A DNA stretch of 64,000 bases from Deltaproteobacteria bacterium (lineage in GTDB: Bacteria > Desulfobacterota > Desulfobaccia > Desulfobaccales > 0-14-0-80-60-11), in contig QZIZ01000019.1 of assembly GCA_003599195.1 (NCBI GenBank), positions 14,188 to 78,187 on the forward strand, in the 5' to 3' direction. Positions 27,262 through 36,924 of the stretch are shown here, piece after piece. The notes under the pieces are model-generated. The model worked only from the letters and a program-made list of their open reading frames with translations, searched no databases and was not told the DNA's origin. How positions within the stretch are numbered: the stretch's first letter is position 1; every line of letters starts with the position of its first letter. Position numbers and translations under genes: made by a program.

Positions 27262-27645
27262 CTAGACCTTCCTCAGGGCAATGGCGTCGATCTCAACGGC
27301 CACGCCCCGGGCCAGAGCTGAGACCTGGACGGTTGTCCGGGCCGGCGCCGGGTCCGGAAAAAATTCGGCGTAGGTGCGGTTCATCTCCTTAAAATCCGCC
27401 ATGTCGGCCAGATAGACGGTGGTCTTGATCACGTCCTTGAGGGTGAGGTTGGCTGCGGCCAGGATGGCCTTCAGGTTCTGGATGGTCTGTACGGTTTGGA
27501 CCACGATGTCCCCTTCCACCTTATTGCCGGCGGCGTCCAGGGGAATCTGGCCGGAAACGAAGACGAAGGGGCCTGCGGCCAGGGCCTGGCTGTAAGGACC
27601 CACCGGGGCCGTGACTTGATCCGTGATGATCACTTTTTTTTTCAT
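27262..27645 (-). CDS. ridA: RidA/YjgF family enamine deaminase
   Basis: PVGPYSQA, VSGQIP, KTTVYL, PART, VEIDAIA. Confidence 0.92.
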   Translation of the reverse strand: MKKKVIITDQVTAPVGPYSQALAAGPFVFVSGQIPLDAAGNKVEGDIVVQTVQTIQNLKAILAAANLTLKDVIKTTVYLADMADFKEMNRTYAEFFPDPAPARTTVQVSALARGVAVEIDAIALRKV

Positions 27646-27781
27646 GACGGGTTCTTCCTTATCCATTGAATTTAAGGTTCTACCTCCGGAAATGGGGGCA
27701 GAGAGTGATTAATTGCAAGAAAAACCTTGAAGATTAGCCTGGGGTTTGTTAATTGTTACCAAAAACCCCCGGAGGATGGTA

Positions 27782-28045
27782 ATGGGGCTGTGGATGAAGT
27801 GCCCGAAATGCCAAACGCATAATCCCCTTTCTTTAAAGGTTTGCGACAATTGCGGATCTTTGCTGGATAATCTACCCAAAGAACAACGCATTTATGTGCT
27901 GACGCCCCCGGGCGCGGCGCAACCCGCGCGTCTTCTCAAAGCCACGCCGACTGCGGAATCTCCTCTGCCTGCCGCCGCTCCGGAGGCTCAAGCCGCCCCT
28001 CCCAAGGCCAAGGCTCAGAAAAAACCTCGGAAGAAGAAGAGTTAA
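27782..28045 (+). CDS. Zinc-ribbon protein with Pro/Ala/Lys-rich tail
   Basis: GGAGG SD; CPKC...CDNCG. Confidence 0.65.
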   Translation: MGLWMKCPKCQTHNPLSLKVCDNCGSLLDNLPKEQRIYVLTPPGAAQPARLLKATPTAESPLPAAAPEAQAAPPKAKAQKKPRKKKS

Positions 28046-28887
28046 GCCGGGGCTGCGGCGTGTTCCACAATCCCCAGGATTAATTGCACCAATCGGGGTT
28101 CGGCCCGGGCCACGGTGTCCACGATCTCTTCCAGAGAAGTGGGGGCCATGGCGTCCGGGAGATTAAGATTGCTGAGCACGGAGATGCCTAAGACTTGCAG
28201 ACTGGCGTGCACCGCGCAGATAGCCTCGGGCACGGTGGACATGCCCACCGCGTCCGCGCCGATCAACCGCAGAAAGCGAGTTTCCGCGGGGGTTTCCAAT
28301 TGGGGGCCTTTGACCGCCACGTAAACCCCCTGGCGCAATACCAACCCCCTGCGGCGGGCCACCTCCTCCGCCACCTGCATTAAGCGGCGGTCGTAGACCC
28401 GGCTTAAGTCGGGAAACCGCGGCCCCCAGGCGTCGATATTCTCTCCGGTGAGGGGGCTGTCTCCCAGGAAATTGAGGTGATCCCGGACGAGCATTAATTC
28501 ACCGGCTCTGAAGAAAGGATTGAGGGCCCCCGCGGCATTGGTCAGGATCAGGTTTTTAATGCCCACCGCGGCCATCACCCGCACCGGAAAGGTCACCTGG
28601 CGCAGAGAATACCCCTCATAAGCGTGCAGCCGCCCCTGGCAGAGGAGAACCCGGCTGCCGGCCAGAAGCCCCCAACTCAGGTGTCCCCGGTGGCTGGGAC
28701 TGGTGGCCCGGGGATAGTGGGGCAGCTTCTCGTAAGGGAGACTGCCTTCCTCTTCCAACTGTCCGGCTAAAAGCCCCATGCCGGTTCCCAGGACGATGCC
28801 CCATTCCGGAGCGGTTTGCCAATTCCGGCCCAGGAAGTCGGCGCACTCCTCTACCTGGGCATAATATTGCTGGGCGGTCACCATCAT
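28042..28887 (-). CDS. punA: Purine-nucleoside phosphorylase (trimeric type)
   Basis: IVLGTG, GRLHAYEG, TNAAGAL, GPQLETPAE, VGMSTVPE. Confidence 0.92.
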   Translation of the reverse strand: MMVTAQQYYAQVEECADFLGRNWQTAPEWGIVLGTGMGLLAGQLEEEGSLPYEKLPHYPRATSPSHRGHLSWGLLAGSRVLLCQGRLHAYEGYSLRQVTFPVRVMAAVGIKNLILTNAAGALNPFFRAGELMLVRDHLNFLGDSPLTGENIDAWGPRFPDLSRVYDRRLMQVAEEVARRRGLVLRQGVYVAVKGPQLETPAETRFLRLIGADAVGMSTVPEAICAVHASLQVLGISVLSNLNLPDAMAPTSLEEIVDTVARAEPRLVQLILGIVEHAAAPA

Positions 28888-29042
28888 CCCCCATTCCCGA
28901 AATAATGTTTTTCAAGATATGCTGCTTTCCGCCATTCGTCAATGCCTGGGCCGGAGGAAGGTCCATTTCCCGGTTTATCTCCTTGACAGAAGCAGGGTTC
29001 GGTTTTAAAAATAAGGACACAGCAGAATGGGGATCTTGCGTC

Positions 29043-29465
29043 ATGGCCAGACCGAAAAAATGCCGGTGGGTGAAAATGGAGCCGGGGGTGACCTTTTTCA
29101 AGCCCCAGGGTATCCCCCTCCGGTCCTTGGAGCACAACGTCATCACCATCGATGAAATGGAAGCCATGCGGCTGTCCGACTTTTTGGGATTGAACCAGGA
29201 ACAGGTGGCCAAAGAGATGCAGGTTTCCCGGCCCACGGTGACCCGCATTCTGGCCCGGGCACATAAGGCGGTGGCCGATGCCTTGGCCCACGGCAAGGCC
29301 ATTCGCATTGAGGGGGGAGATTACCGTCTGGCGGAGGAATTCCTGGTCTGCCGTTTCTGCGGCCATCAGGAACCCGCCCCGGCCCAAAAGGGAGGGGAGC
29401 CGCAGACCTGCTCAAAATGCCAGAGTCCCAACTCCGGCCAAATTGCGGCGGATAAAACCCGCTAA
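29043..29465 (+). CDS. DUF134 (UPF0251) HTH protein with C-terminal zinc ribbon
   Basis: MARPKKCRWV, FKPQGIP, EAMRLSD, M.VSRPT, GKAIRIEGG; CRFC...CSKC. Confidence 0.9.
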   Translation: MARPKKCRWVKMEPGVTFFKPQGIPLRSLEHNVITIDEMEAMRLSDFLGLNQEQVAKEMQVSRPTVTRILARAHKAVADALAHGKAIRIEGGDYRLAEEFLVCRFCGHQEPAPAQKGGEPQTCSKCQSPNSGQIAADKTR

Positions 29466-29595
29466 CCAGGACACAATTAATTAGGGGGTCGTGGAGTTAA
29501 CAGTAAATTATCTATAATTACAGATAGTTGTGGTGCGAAAAGCGCACCCTTTTCAAGCCAGCCCATCTTGAAGCCTGGGGGGGAGACTGAAGGGC

Positions 29596-30636
29596 ATGGA
29601 TGCCATAACCTACCGCGAATCCGGGGTTGATATCGATAAGGCCGAGTCCTTTATTCAAAAGATACGCCCCCTGGTCAAATCCACTTTCCGCACCGGCGTT
29701 CTGGGGGAGATCGGCGGCTATGCCGGTCTTTTCCATCTGAACGTCCAGCAATACCGCGATCCCGTATTGGTTTCCGCCACCGACGGGGTGGGCACCAAGA
29801 TCATGGTGGCCGTCCTCATGGACCGGCACCACACCATCGGCATCGATCTGGTGGCCATGTGTGTTAACGACATCATCACCCACGGGGCCGCCCCCTTATT
29901 TTTCCTGGATTATCTGGCCATGGGGAAGCTCTCCCCGCAAACCGGGACCCAGATCATAGAAGGCATCACCAACGGCTGCCTCCAGGCCCGCTGCTCTCTG
30001 ATCGGGGGGGAAACCGCGGAGATGCCGGGCTTATATAAAGAGGGGGATTACGATCTGGCCGGTTTTGTGGTGGGGGTGGTGGACCGGAGCCAGATCATCG
30101 ACGGCTCGGATATCGCCGTGGGCCACCGGCTCATCGGCATCGCCTCCAGCGGCCTGCACTCCAACGGCTTTTCCCTGGTGCGCAAGGTCCTCTTCGAGAA
30201 GCACGGCTATGGGGTGATGGACGAGATCCCGGAGTTGGGCGGCCCCTTGGGGGATGAGCTCCTTAAACCCACCAGGATCTACGTGGAAACGGTGCTCAAT
30301 CTCTTGCGGGATTTCTCCTTAAGCGGCATCGCCCATATCACCGGCGGCGGACTGACCAATAATCTGCCCCGCATCCTGCCCCGCTCCTGCCAGGCGGTGA
30401 TCCACCGCCAGGCCTGGACTCCGCCCCCTATTTTCAAGTTGCTCCAGGATAAGGGCAACATCCCGGAAGAGGAGATGTTCCGCACTTTTAATAACGGCGT
30501 GGGTTTGGTGATGGTGGTGGCCGAAGATCTGGTGGCCGACGTGCTGCTGCGCCTCCAAGGCCTCCAGGAACAGGCCTTTGTCATGGGGGAGATAATGGGC
30601 CGGAAAAATGACGACCCGCCGCTGGTCTACGTTTAA
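29596..30636 (+). CDS. purM: Phosphoribosylformylglycinamidine cyclo-ligase
   Basis: YRESGVDI, TDGVGTK, GGETAEMPG, SSGLHSNGFSL, HITGGG. Confidence 0.97.
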   Translation: MDAITYRESGVDIDKAESFIQKIRPLVKSTFRTGVLGEIGGYAGLFHLNVQQYRDPVLVSATDGVGTKIMVAVLMDRHHTIGIDLVAMCVNDIITHGAAPLFFLDYLAMGKLSPQTGTQIIEGITNGCLQARCSLIGGETAEMPGLYKEGDYDLAGFVVGVVDRSQIIDGSDIAVGHRLIGIASSGLHSNGFSLVRKVLFEKHGYGVMDEIPELGGPLGDELLKPTRIYVETVLNLLRDFSLSGIAHITGGGLTNNLPRILPRSCQAVIHRQAWTPPPIFKLLQDKGNIPEEEMFRTFNNGVGLVMVVAEDLVADVLLRLQGLQEQAFVMGEIMGRKNDDPPLVYV

Positions 30637-30678
30637 AGACGGTTTTTAGTTTTTAGTCTTCGGAAGATAATTAAATGA

Positions 30679-30708
30679 AAGGGGCAACAGGCTACTCTGT
30701 TGCCCCTT
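30679..30708. terminator. Hairpin between convergent genes, bracketed by inverted TTTTAGT arrays
   Basis: AAGGGGCAACAG-GCTACT-CTGTTGCCCCTT. Confidence 0.7.
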
Positions 30709-30764
30709 CCCTTTCCATTCTCCCATGATCTTTTAACTAAAAACTGAAAACTAAAAACCATCTT

Positions 30765-31790
30765 TCAGGTTTTGCCGATAAATTTAATAAAACTCATAAA
30801 GTAATTCAGATCAAAAATGTTCCTCTCCTGGAGAGCGGCCATCTCCTTCAGGGCTTCTTTAGAAGACTTGGGGCGCTTGTGGGAGTTGCCGCCGGTCAAG
30901 GTTTCATAGTGGTCCAGAATCCGCAGGACCCGGGCCCAGGGGTCGATGGCATTGATTTTTAGGCCCCCGGGGTGCCCGGAGCCGTCCCCGTTTTCATGGT
31001 GCTGCAGGGCCATGTATCTCACTTCCCGTCGGATTCCGGGCATGGCCGACAGCATTTTGTAACCCACCGCGGGATGGGAATCCGTGGTCTTGACCGCGGT
31101 CCTGGTGGTATCCTTCTGGACCAACTCGGGCTTTAACTGGATCAGGCCGATGTCATGCAACATGGCTCCCAGGCCGAAGTCCTGGGCTTTTTGGGCGTCC
31201 CAGCCCAGAAAACTGATAAAGGCCAGCCCCAAAAAGCAGACATTGAGGGAGTGGTTGTAGAGGACGTGGTCGTGCCGCCGGATTTCCAGGATGGACCGAT
31301 GGAAGTCTACTCCGCCTTTCATCAAATCGAACATGCCGTCGATCAGACGCAAGGCCCGGAACATCTGGGGGCTGGCGCCGATCTCCTCGGAGCAAAAGAA
31401 ATTGCGCACCGTAATCAGCGTCGTGTCATACAGAAGGGTGACCTTCTCCTCCGGTTTCCAGGTTTCATCCGGCAACACCTTCTCCAGGGAGCGGTCCAGG
31501 TACTCCAGGACCCGGTCCTCATCCTCCTGTTGATAATAAAGCCATTGAATCTCCAAAGATTTCAGTTTCTGAAACCATTCCTCTTTGAAGATCTCGTTTT
31601 TGGGACAGGCCAGGACAAAGCGCGGCTCCGGGTCCTTTTTGGCTTTGACCTTGAGATAGACGTCGAAGGTGACCACATCGCCCGGCGCCAGGTTGCGCAG
31701 CGGCAAAGGGATATACCCTCCCTTTTCTTCGCCGATGGCGGGGGCGACGATTTTACTGGTCTTTAACTCTAAATCCAGAATTTGTTTCAT
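30765..31790 (-). CDS. HD-GYP domain protein (GYP reads GHP)
   Basis: HSLNV, LHDIG, QHHENGDGSGHPGGL. Confidence 0.88.
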   Translation of the reverse strand: MKQILDLELKTSKIVAPAIGEEKGGYIPLPLRNLAPGDVVTFDVYLKVKAKKDPEPRFVLACPKNEIFKEEWFQKLKSLEIQWLYYQQEDEDRVLEYLDRSLEKVLPDETWKPEEKVTLLYDTTLITVRNFFCSEEIGASPQMFRALRLIDGMFDLMKGGVDFHRSILEIRRHDHVLYNHSLNVCFLGLAFISFLGWDAQKAQDFGLGAMLHDIGLIQLKPELVQKDTTRTAVKTTDSHPAVGYKMLSAMPGIRREVRYMALQHHENGDGSGHPGGLKINAIDPWARVLRILDHYETLTGGNSHKRPKSSKEALKEMAALQERNIFDLNYFMSFIKFIGKT

Positions 31791-31898
31791 AGATATGCAA
31801 AGGCGGCGCAAAGATATAGGGACAAGTAAACCTGTCATCCTTATCATCGGAACCCGGACATCATTTATAAAATATTAATTTCTGCAAGCTGACCGCGG

Positions 31899-32486
31899 TC
31901 AGCTATTAATCCGCCGCCAGAGCCGGATGCCGGGGGGCGGAGCAGGCTCCGTCTCCGGGGGGGCTTGCAGGGAAGCAAAGACCGCCTGGGCCAGGGCCCA
32001 ACCCTTGTGCTCCTGGGCCTCCTGCCACTCTCCATAGGTCAGGGCCCCCACCTTACAGGCCTCAACGCATGCGGGTTTCCGGCCCACGGCTTCCCTCTCC
32101 GGACATTGGTCGCACTTCAGGGCGACCGCCCGCTTGTCCGGGGCCAGATAGAGGGGGGCGTAGGTGAGCACCCCGAAGGGGCAAGCCATGGCGCACATGG
32201 CGCAATTGATGCACTTGGCCGGGTCGATGTCCACCGTGGACCGGGGGGTGCGGCTGATGGCCCCAGCAATGCACACCTGCTGGCAGGGGGCGGGCTCGCA
32301 GTGGCGGCACTTGTTGGGAAAGGCCAGGTGCTGCCTGCCCGGATAAATCCTTAGCCTAGGCCGGGGCGTCACTTGCTCCGAAATGGCCCCGGCCAGATTC
32401 TTGGTCCGGGAATGCTCCACCGCACAGGCCAAACGGCACTGCAAACAGCCCACGCAACGCTCGGGGCGGACGATGACGGTTTTCAT
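31899..32486 (-). CDS. 4Fe-4S dicluster electron-transfer protein (CooF-like)
   Basis: CVGCLQCRLAC, CRHCEPAPCQQVC, CINCAMCAMACP, KCDQC...ACVEAC. Confidence 0.9.
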   Translation of the reverse strand: MKTVIVRPERCVGCLQCRLACAVEHSRTKNLAGAISEQVTPRPRLRIYPGRQHLAFPNKCRHCEPAPCQQVCIAGAISRTPRSTVDIDPAKCINCAMCAMACPFGVLTYAPLYLAPDKRAVALKCDQCPEREAVGRKPACVEACKVGALTYGEWQEAQEHKGWALAQAVFASLQAPPETEPAPPPGIRLWRRINS

Positions 32487-32526
32487 AAACTATCCTTTTG
32501 GGGAGATATCCCCGCTAAGATTGCTC

Positions 32527-33732
32527 TCATCCCCACAACCTCCCCGGTGTCACCGGCTCCGCGGCGGGCAACTGTTGGGACATGAGGTGAAAGTAAATCC
32601 CTGCGTCCGCCACTGCGCCCACCAGGGTCAAACCCACCAGGCGGCCCTCCCGGTAGGCCAGGCGGCGGTAATGGCCGCGGCGCCGGTCGAGTTCGCTGAC
32701 TATCTCGACATCCTCGGCCTCCGGCTGCACTAACCCCCCGGTGATGATCTTGAAGCCCCGCAACGAAATGCTGTTTTGGGGCAGCAGGCCGGGGTAGCGC
32801 CGGTTTGCCCCGGCCATGTTGGCCCCGGCGATCTTCCCTTGCTCCACGGCCGCGGGCCAGATGGGGACATAAGCCGGTTGGCCGGTGAGGAGGTTAACTC
32901 CCTGAACACAGTCCCCCGCGGCATAAATCTCCGGCAGCCCGGTATTAAGCCGGGCGTCCACCGGCACGCCGCCGGCCGCGGCCAGGCCGCTGTCCGCCAG
33001 AAATTCCGTATTCGGCGTCACGCCGATGGCGAACAGCACGGCCTGAGCGGGCAGTTCCCGGCCGTCCGCCAGGGCCAGGGCCCGGACCCGGCCCTTGTAC
33101 CCCGCCAAACCAATGGGCTTGGTGTCGCAATAAACTTCAATGCCCCATTCTAATAGGGCGTTACCCAACATCGCCGCGGCCTGAGTATCCACCAGCCGGG
33201 GCAATACCTGGGACTCCAGCTCCGCCAGGGCCACCCGGCAGCCTCGCCGGGCCAGGGCTTCAGCGGCCTTGAGGCCCACCGGCCCGGCTCCTGCAACCAC
33301 CACCTCTGCGCCCTCGGGCAGGGCCGCGTCCAGGCGCCGCCAGTCCGCCAGGGTGCGCAGGGTAAAGACGCCCTCCAGGTCTTCCCCGGGGATGCCCGGC
33401 AGCCGGGGCCGGGCCCCGGAGGCGATGAGCAGCCGGTCGTAGGGACAGGCCCGTCCGGAGCGCAGGCGCACTTCCCGCTCCTCCGGGGCCACCTGGACCA
33501 CCTGCTCCCCCAAGAGGGCTTCAAACCCCCATTCCTGGAAATAATCCGCGGCCTTAAGCCAGATCTTCTCCAGGCTTACCTCGCCGCTCAACAGATAGGT
33601 GAGCAGAGGCCTGCTGTAAGGAGGATGAGGCTCATCGCTGACCACGGTGACGGCGCCCCGGGGGTCCCACTGCCTGATGGTTTCCGCGGCGGCCAGCCCC
33701 GCGGCGCTGGCGCCGATGATTAGATAGCGCAT
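32527..33732 (-). CDS. FAD/NAD(P)-dependent oxidoreductase (NirB N-terminal / CODH-associated type)
   Basis: IIGASAAG, YSRPLL, GAGPVG, YAAGDC. Confidence 0.88.
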   Translation of the reverse strand: MRYLIIGASAAGLAAAETIRQWDPRGAVTVVSDEPHPPYSRPLLTYLLSGEVSLEKIWLKAADYFQEWGFEALLGEQVVQVAPEEREVRLRSGRACPYDRLLIASGARPRLPGIPGEDLEGVFTLRTLADWRRLDAALPEGAEVVVAGAGPVGLKAAEALARRGCRVALAELESQVLPRLVDTQAAAMLGNALLEWGIEVYCDTKPIGLAGYKGRVRALALADGRELPAQAVLFAIGVTPNTEFLADSGLAAAGGVPVDARLNTGLPEIYAAGDCVQGVNLLTGQPAYVPIWPAAVEQGKIAGANMAGANRRYPGLLPQNSISLRGFKIITGGLVQPEAEDVEIVSELDRRRGHYRRLAYREGRLVGLTLVGAVADAGIYFHLMSQQLPAAEPVTPGRLWG

Positions 33733-33785
33733 AATGTTATTTTACCGCGAAGCTGAGGCCCCAGGGAAGAAAAATAGCTGCTTAT

Positions 33786-33888
33786 GGAAGGGCGAAAAGG
33801 GGAAGAGGGAAAAAGGGGAAAGGGGAAAAAATTTATTATGCCTCCAACCCTTCCCTTTTCGCCTTTTAACCTTTTCCCCTTTTCCCCC
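33786..33888. repeat. Inverted purine/pyrimidine 8-mer arrays (AAAGGGGA)n / (TTCCCCTT)n
   Basis: Direct reading, between divergent genes. Confidence 0.7.
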
Positions 33889-34011
33889 AGATATTTCCCA
33901 TCTTGCATAACTTTCACTCCTGTAGTAGTGTCCTCTCCAGCCGGACCCGGCTTCGAAGGGCCAGCTTTCCGGTTCGCATTTCCCCATTTCCGAAGATTGC
34001 GGAGGCAGATG

Positions 34012-34614
34012 ATGAAACCCATATCCCGGGCCTTGATAAGCGTTACCGACAAAGGCGGTTTGCTGGAGTTTGCCCAATTTCTAGCCAAGTATCAGGTGGA
34101 GATCCTGTCCACCGGCGGCACCGCCAAGATGCTCAGGGACGGCGGCGTGAAGGTGGTGGAAGTCTCCGATTACACCGGCTTTCCGGAAATGTTGGACGGC
34201 CGGGTGAAGACCCTGCACCCCAAAATCCACGGGGGCATTCTGGGCCGCCGGGACCTCCCCGCCCACCTGGAACAGATGGCCGCCCAAAAAATCCAACCCA
34301 TCGACCTGGTGGTGGTCAACCTCTATCAGTTCGAAAAAGCGGTGGCCAAGCCCGGCTGCACCCTGGAAGACGCCATTGAAAACATCGATATCGGCGGGCC
34401 CACCCTGCTTCGGGCCGCGGCCAAGAATTACCAGGCGGTCACCGTGGTAGTGGACCCCGGGGATTACCACCGCCTCATGGACGAGATGAAGCTTAATAAG
34501 GGCGCGACCAGCCTGAGCACCCGCTTCAAACTGGCGAAAAAGGTCTTCAAGCTTACCAGCGAGTACGATACCGCCATTTACCATTATCTGGTGGACAAGG
34601 CTCCGGCCTGCTGA
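34012..34614 (+). CDS. purH: Stand-alone IMP cyclohydrolase (PurH N-terminal domain only)
   Basis: [31 protein letters not shown]; ends at about 200 aa. Confidence 0.9.
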   Translation: MKPISRALISVTDKGGLLEFAQFLAKYQVEILSTGGTAKMLRDGGVKVVEVSDYTGFPEMLDGRVKTLHPKIHGGILGRRDLPAHLEQMAAQKIQPIDLVVVNLYQFEKAVAKPGCTLEDAIENIDIGGPTLLRAAAKNYQAVTVVVDPGDYHRLMDEMKLNKGATSLSTRFKLAKKVFKLTSEYDTAIYHYLVDKAPAC

Positions 34615-34979
34615 TGGGTGCGCCTGCCTCGATTACCATGAGCCGGGGCCGGGTCCTGGACCTCACCGGCCCCTATTACTACCAGGACCTGCTCACCGGC
34701 ATCGCCCAGGAGATCCTCGCCGAGCTGGCCGAAATCGAGAAAGTGGACCTCCCCTCCCTGGCGGAGGAGGATTTCGAACAGGTGGTGAGCGTCACCCAGA
34801 TCCGCCTGCTCAACGAACTTTATTACTGCCTGGGGCAACTCCGGGCCGCGGGTGTGGAACTGGAGGTGAAACGGGCCATCCAGGACCTCCGGGATATCTG
34901 GAACCGTTACATCGACCAGACCCAGCGGCCCGCAGCCCTGAAATTTCAGGTGGAGCCGGGAGAAGACCAGGTGCAATGA
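34614..34979 (+). CDS. Hypothetical protein coupled to purH-N
   Basis: TGATG overlap; GC3-rich codon usage. Confidence 0.7.
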   Translation: MGAPASITMSRGRVLDLTGPYYYQDLLTGIAQEILAELAEIEKVDLPSLAEEDFEQVVSVTQIRLLNELYYCLGQLRAAGVELEVKRAIQDLRDIWNRYIDQTQRPAALKFQVEPGEDQVQ

Positions 34980-35086
34980 GAGGGAGAGGAACAATCTTTC
35001 CAGCAGGTGACTGTCTCTGGACGATCAGGACCTCATAAGATTTAACCCTAAACATTCCGCCAATCTTTCTATCAGATAACCTACAT

Positions 35087-35134
35087 AAAATTACCTAACA
35101 TAAATAAAATAACTAGGCAAAAATAGGTAATTTT
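35087..35134. promoter_or_regulatory. Inverted repeat AAAATTACCTA-N26-TAGGTAATTTT
   Basis: Perfect 11-bp arms in AT-rich region upstream of the EPS locus. Confidence 0.5.
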
Positions 35135-35340
35135 ACCAGCTTTTTCCTAACCTAAATTTTCTTAAAATAATACTAAACTGAAATTTTGGCGAGGGCTGGG
35201 AAGTTAAGCCCACCGTTTCCGGATTTTTACGGCAGGTGTGCGGATCGAAGTGGACATGAATTTCTACTGCCTCCTGAGGTTGATTTTCCAAACGTGAAAG
35301 ATCTTTCGATTGAGCGTGATGGCGAAGCGTGGGGAGAATT

Positions 35341-36477
35341 ATGAAAAGTTACTATGGCGATAAAACCGTCTTGATTACCGGATCAGCCGGCACCGTGGGC
35401 ACGGAAATCGTCCGCCAGTTGGTGGCGCTCGCACCCAAGGAACTCCGGATTCTGGATAATAATGAATCCGCTTTGTTTTTTCAGGGCAATGAATACCGGC
35501 ATGCCGGCCGGGTGATCCCTTACCTGGGCGACGTCAGGGACGACCAGAAACTGGCCAACGTCACCAGGGGAGTGGACATTATCTTTCATCTGGCCGCGTT
35601 TAAGCACGTGGGTTTCGCAGAATACAATCCCTTCGAGGCGGTGCAAACCAATATTCTCGGAGTGAAACATGTGGCTCAGGCCGCCCAGATCAATCACGTC
35701 TCCCGGGTGATCTTCGCCAGTTCCGATAAGGCCGTCAACCCCACCAACGTCATGGGCACCTCCAAACTCATGGGGGAGCGCATCTTCACTGCAGCCAACA
35801 TTTTTCACAACAACGGCAGCCAGATATTCTCCAGCGTCCGCTTCGGCAACGTCCTGGGCTCCCGGGGTTCGGTGGTTCCCATTTTTGCCAAACAGATCCT
35901 GTCCGGCGCCACGGTGACCGTCACCGACGCCCGCATGACCAGGTTCGTGATGACCGTGCAGGAGGCCGCCAACCTGCTGCTGGAAGCGCCTTTCATCGCT
36001 TGCGGGGGTGAGGTTTTGGTCACCAAGATGTTGGCCATGCGCATCATCGATCTGGCCCACGCCATGATCGAACTGCTGACCGCCAGAACCGGCATGGACC
36101 CGGGGTCCATTCCCATCAAATTCGTGGGCGCCATGCCCGGCGAGAAGCTCTATGAGGAATTGATGACCGAGGAGGAAGTGGGCCGCACCAAGGAACTCCC
36201 CACGATGTTCGCCATCCTCCCGGCTCTGCGGGGTTATTACCAAAAGATTGAATATAACTATCAAAATTTGCTGCCGGAGGTGGAAAACCGGCGCCCCTAC
36301 ATCTCCAACCTGGAGATTCCCATGACCATTGAGGAGATCAAGGCCTACCTGGAAGACTACGGTATTCTGGATGAATTCCTGCCGCCGGGAAAGCCTTATG
36401 ATCTGCTGTATCCCGCTCCCGACCTGGACCTGGAAACGGCAACGCAGAAATCTCCGCGGCCGGTCAAACTGCAATGA
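35341..36477 (+). CDS. UDP-GlcNAc 4,6-dehydratase-like polysaccharide biosynthesis protein (CapD/PseB family), copy 1
   Basis: TGSAGTVG, AAFKHV, SSDKAVNPTNVMG, RFGNVLGSRGSV, GEKLYEEL. Confidence 0.92.
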   Translation: MKSYYGDKTVLITGSAGTVGTEIVRQLVALAPKELRILDNNESALFFQGNEYRHAGRVIPYLGDVRDDQKLANVTRGVDIIFHLAAFKHVGFAEYNPFEAVQTNILGVKHVAQAAQINHVSRVIFASSDKAVNPTNVMGTSKLMGERIFTAANIFHNNGSQIFSSVRFGNVLGSRGSVVPIFAKQILSGATVTVTDARMTRFVMTVQEAANLLLEAPFIACGGEVLVTKMLAMRIIDLAHAMIELLTARTGMDPGSIPIKFVGAMPGEKLYEELMTEEEVGRTKELPTMFAILPALRGYYQKIEYNYQNLLPEVENRRPYISNLEIPMTIEEIKAYLEDYGILDEFLPPGKPYDLLYPAPDLDLETATQKSPRPVKLQ

Positions 36478-36924
36478 GGATGCTTCTCTGGGATTGAGCC
36501 GAAGGCGCACCCGGGGGTCTTCCCCACCCGGGGGCGGACATATGGGGCCTTGCCGGCAAATTCATCTGTCTACCGCGGCGTAAGCAAAGCGCAGATCTTT
36601 CCCATTCAAAATTTTCTACAAAATTCCCTTAGTTATCCCCAGCAGAGAGCAACAACCGGAAGCCCAGGCAAAGGGAACACTATCCCTTTTGTTTAGCGGG
36701 CTCGTCCCTGGAGGATTAATTGCGGATATATACAACGATTTTTCCATACATTAAATAGGTAATTATGCCTATTGATTATAGGCCAGCTAAAAATCAAACT
36801 ATACTTAGGCTTTTTGGCAACACCTATATTTTGTCGAAGGGGCCGGACCAGCGCAAGTTCATAAAATATTGACCTTCAAACTTCGATAATGCCCCTGGAG
36901 AACAACAAAAAGGAGGAGCGGAAT

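Noticed and set aside
34609-34616. purH-N ending AC-TGA as possible Sec
   Set aside because: TGA overlaps the next ATG and the domain is complete
35320-35333. GGCGAAGCGTGG as RfaH ops/JUMPstart site
   Set aside because: Partial match only and overlaps the RBS region; no NusG paralog in window
36655-36705. Hairpin upstream of the peroxidase, and GC-rich 21940-22070, as riboswitches
   Set aside because: No recognisable aptamer consensus by eye; an Rfam scan would be needed
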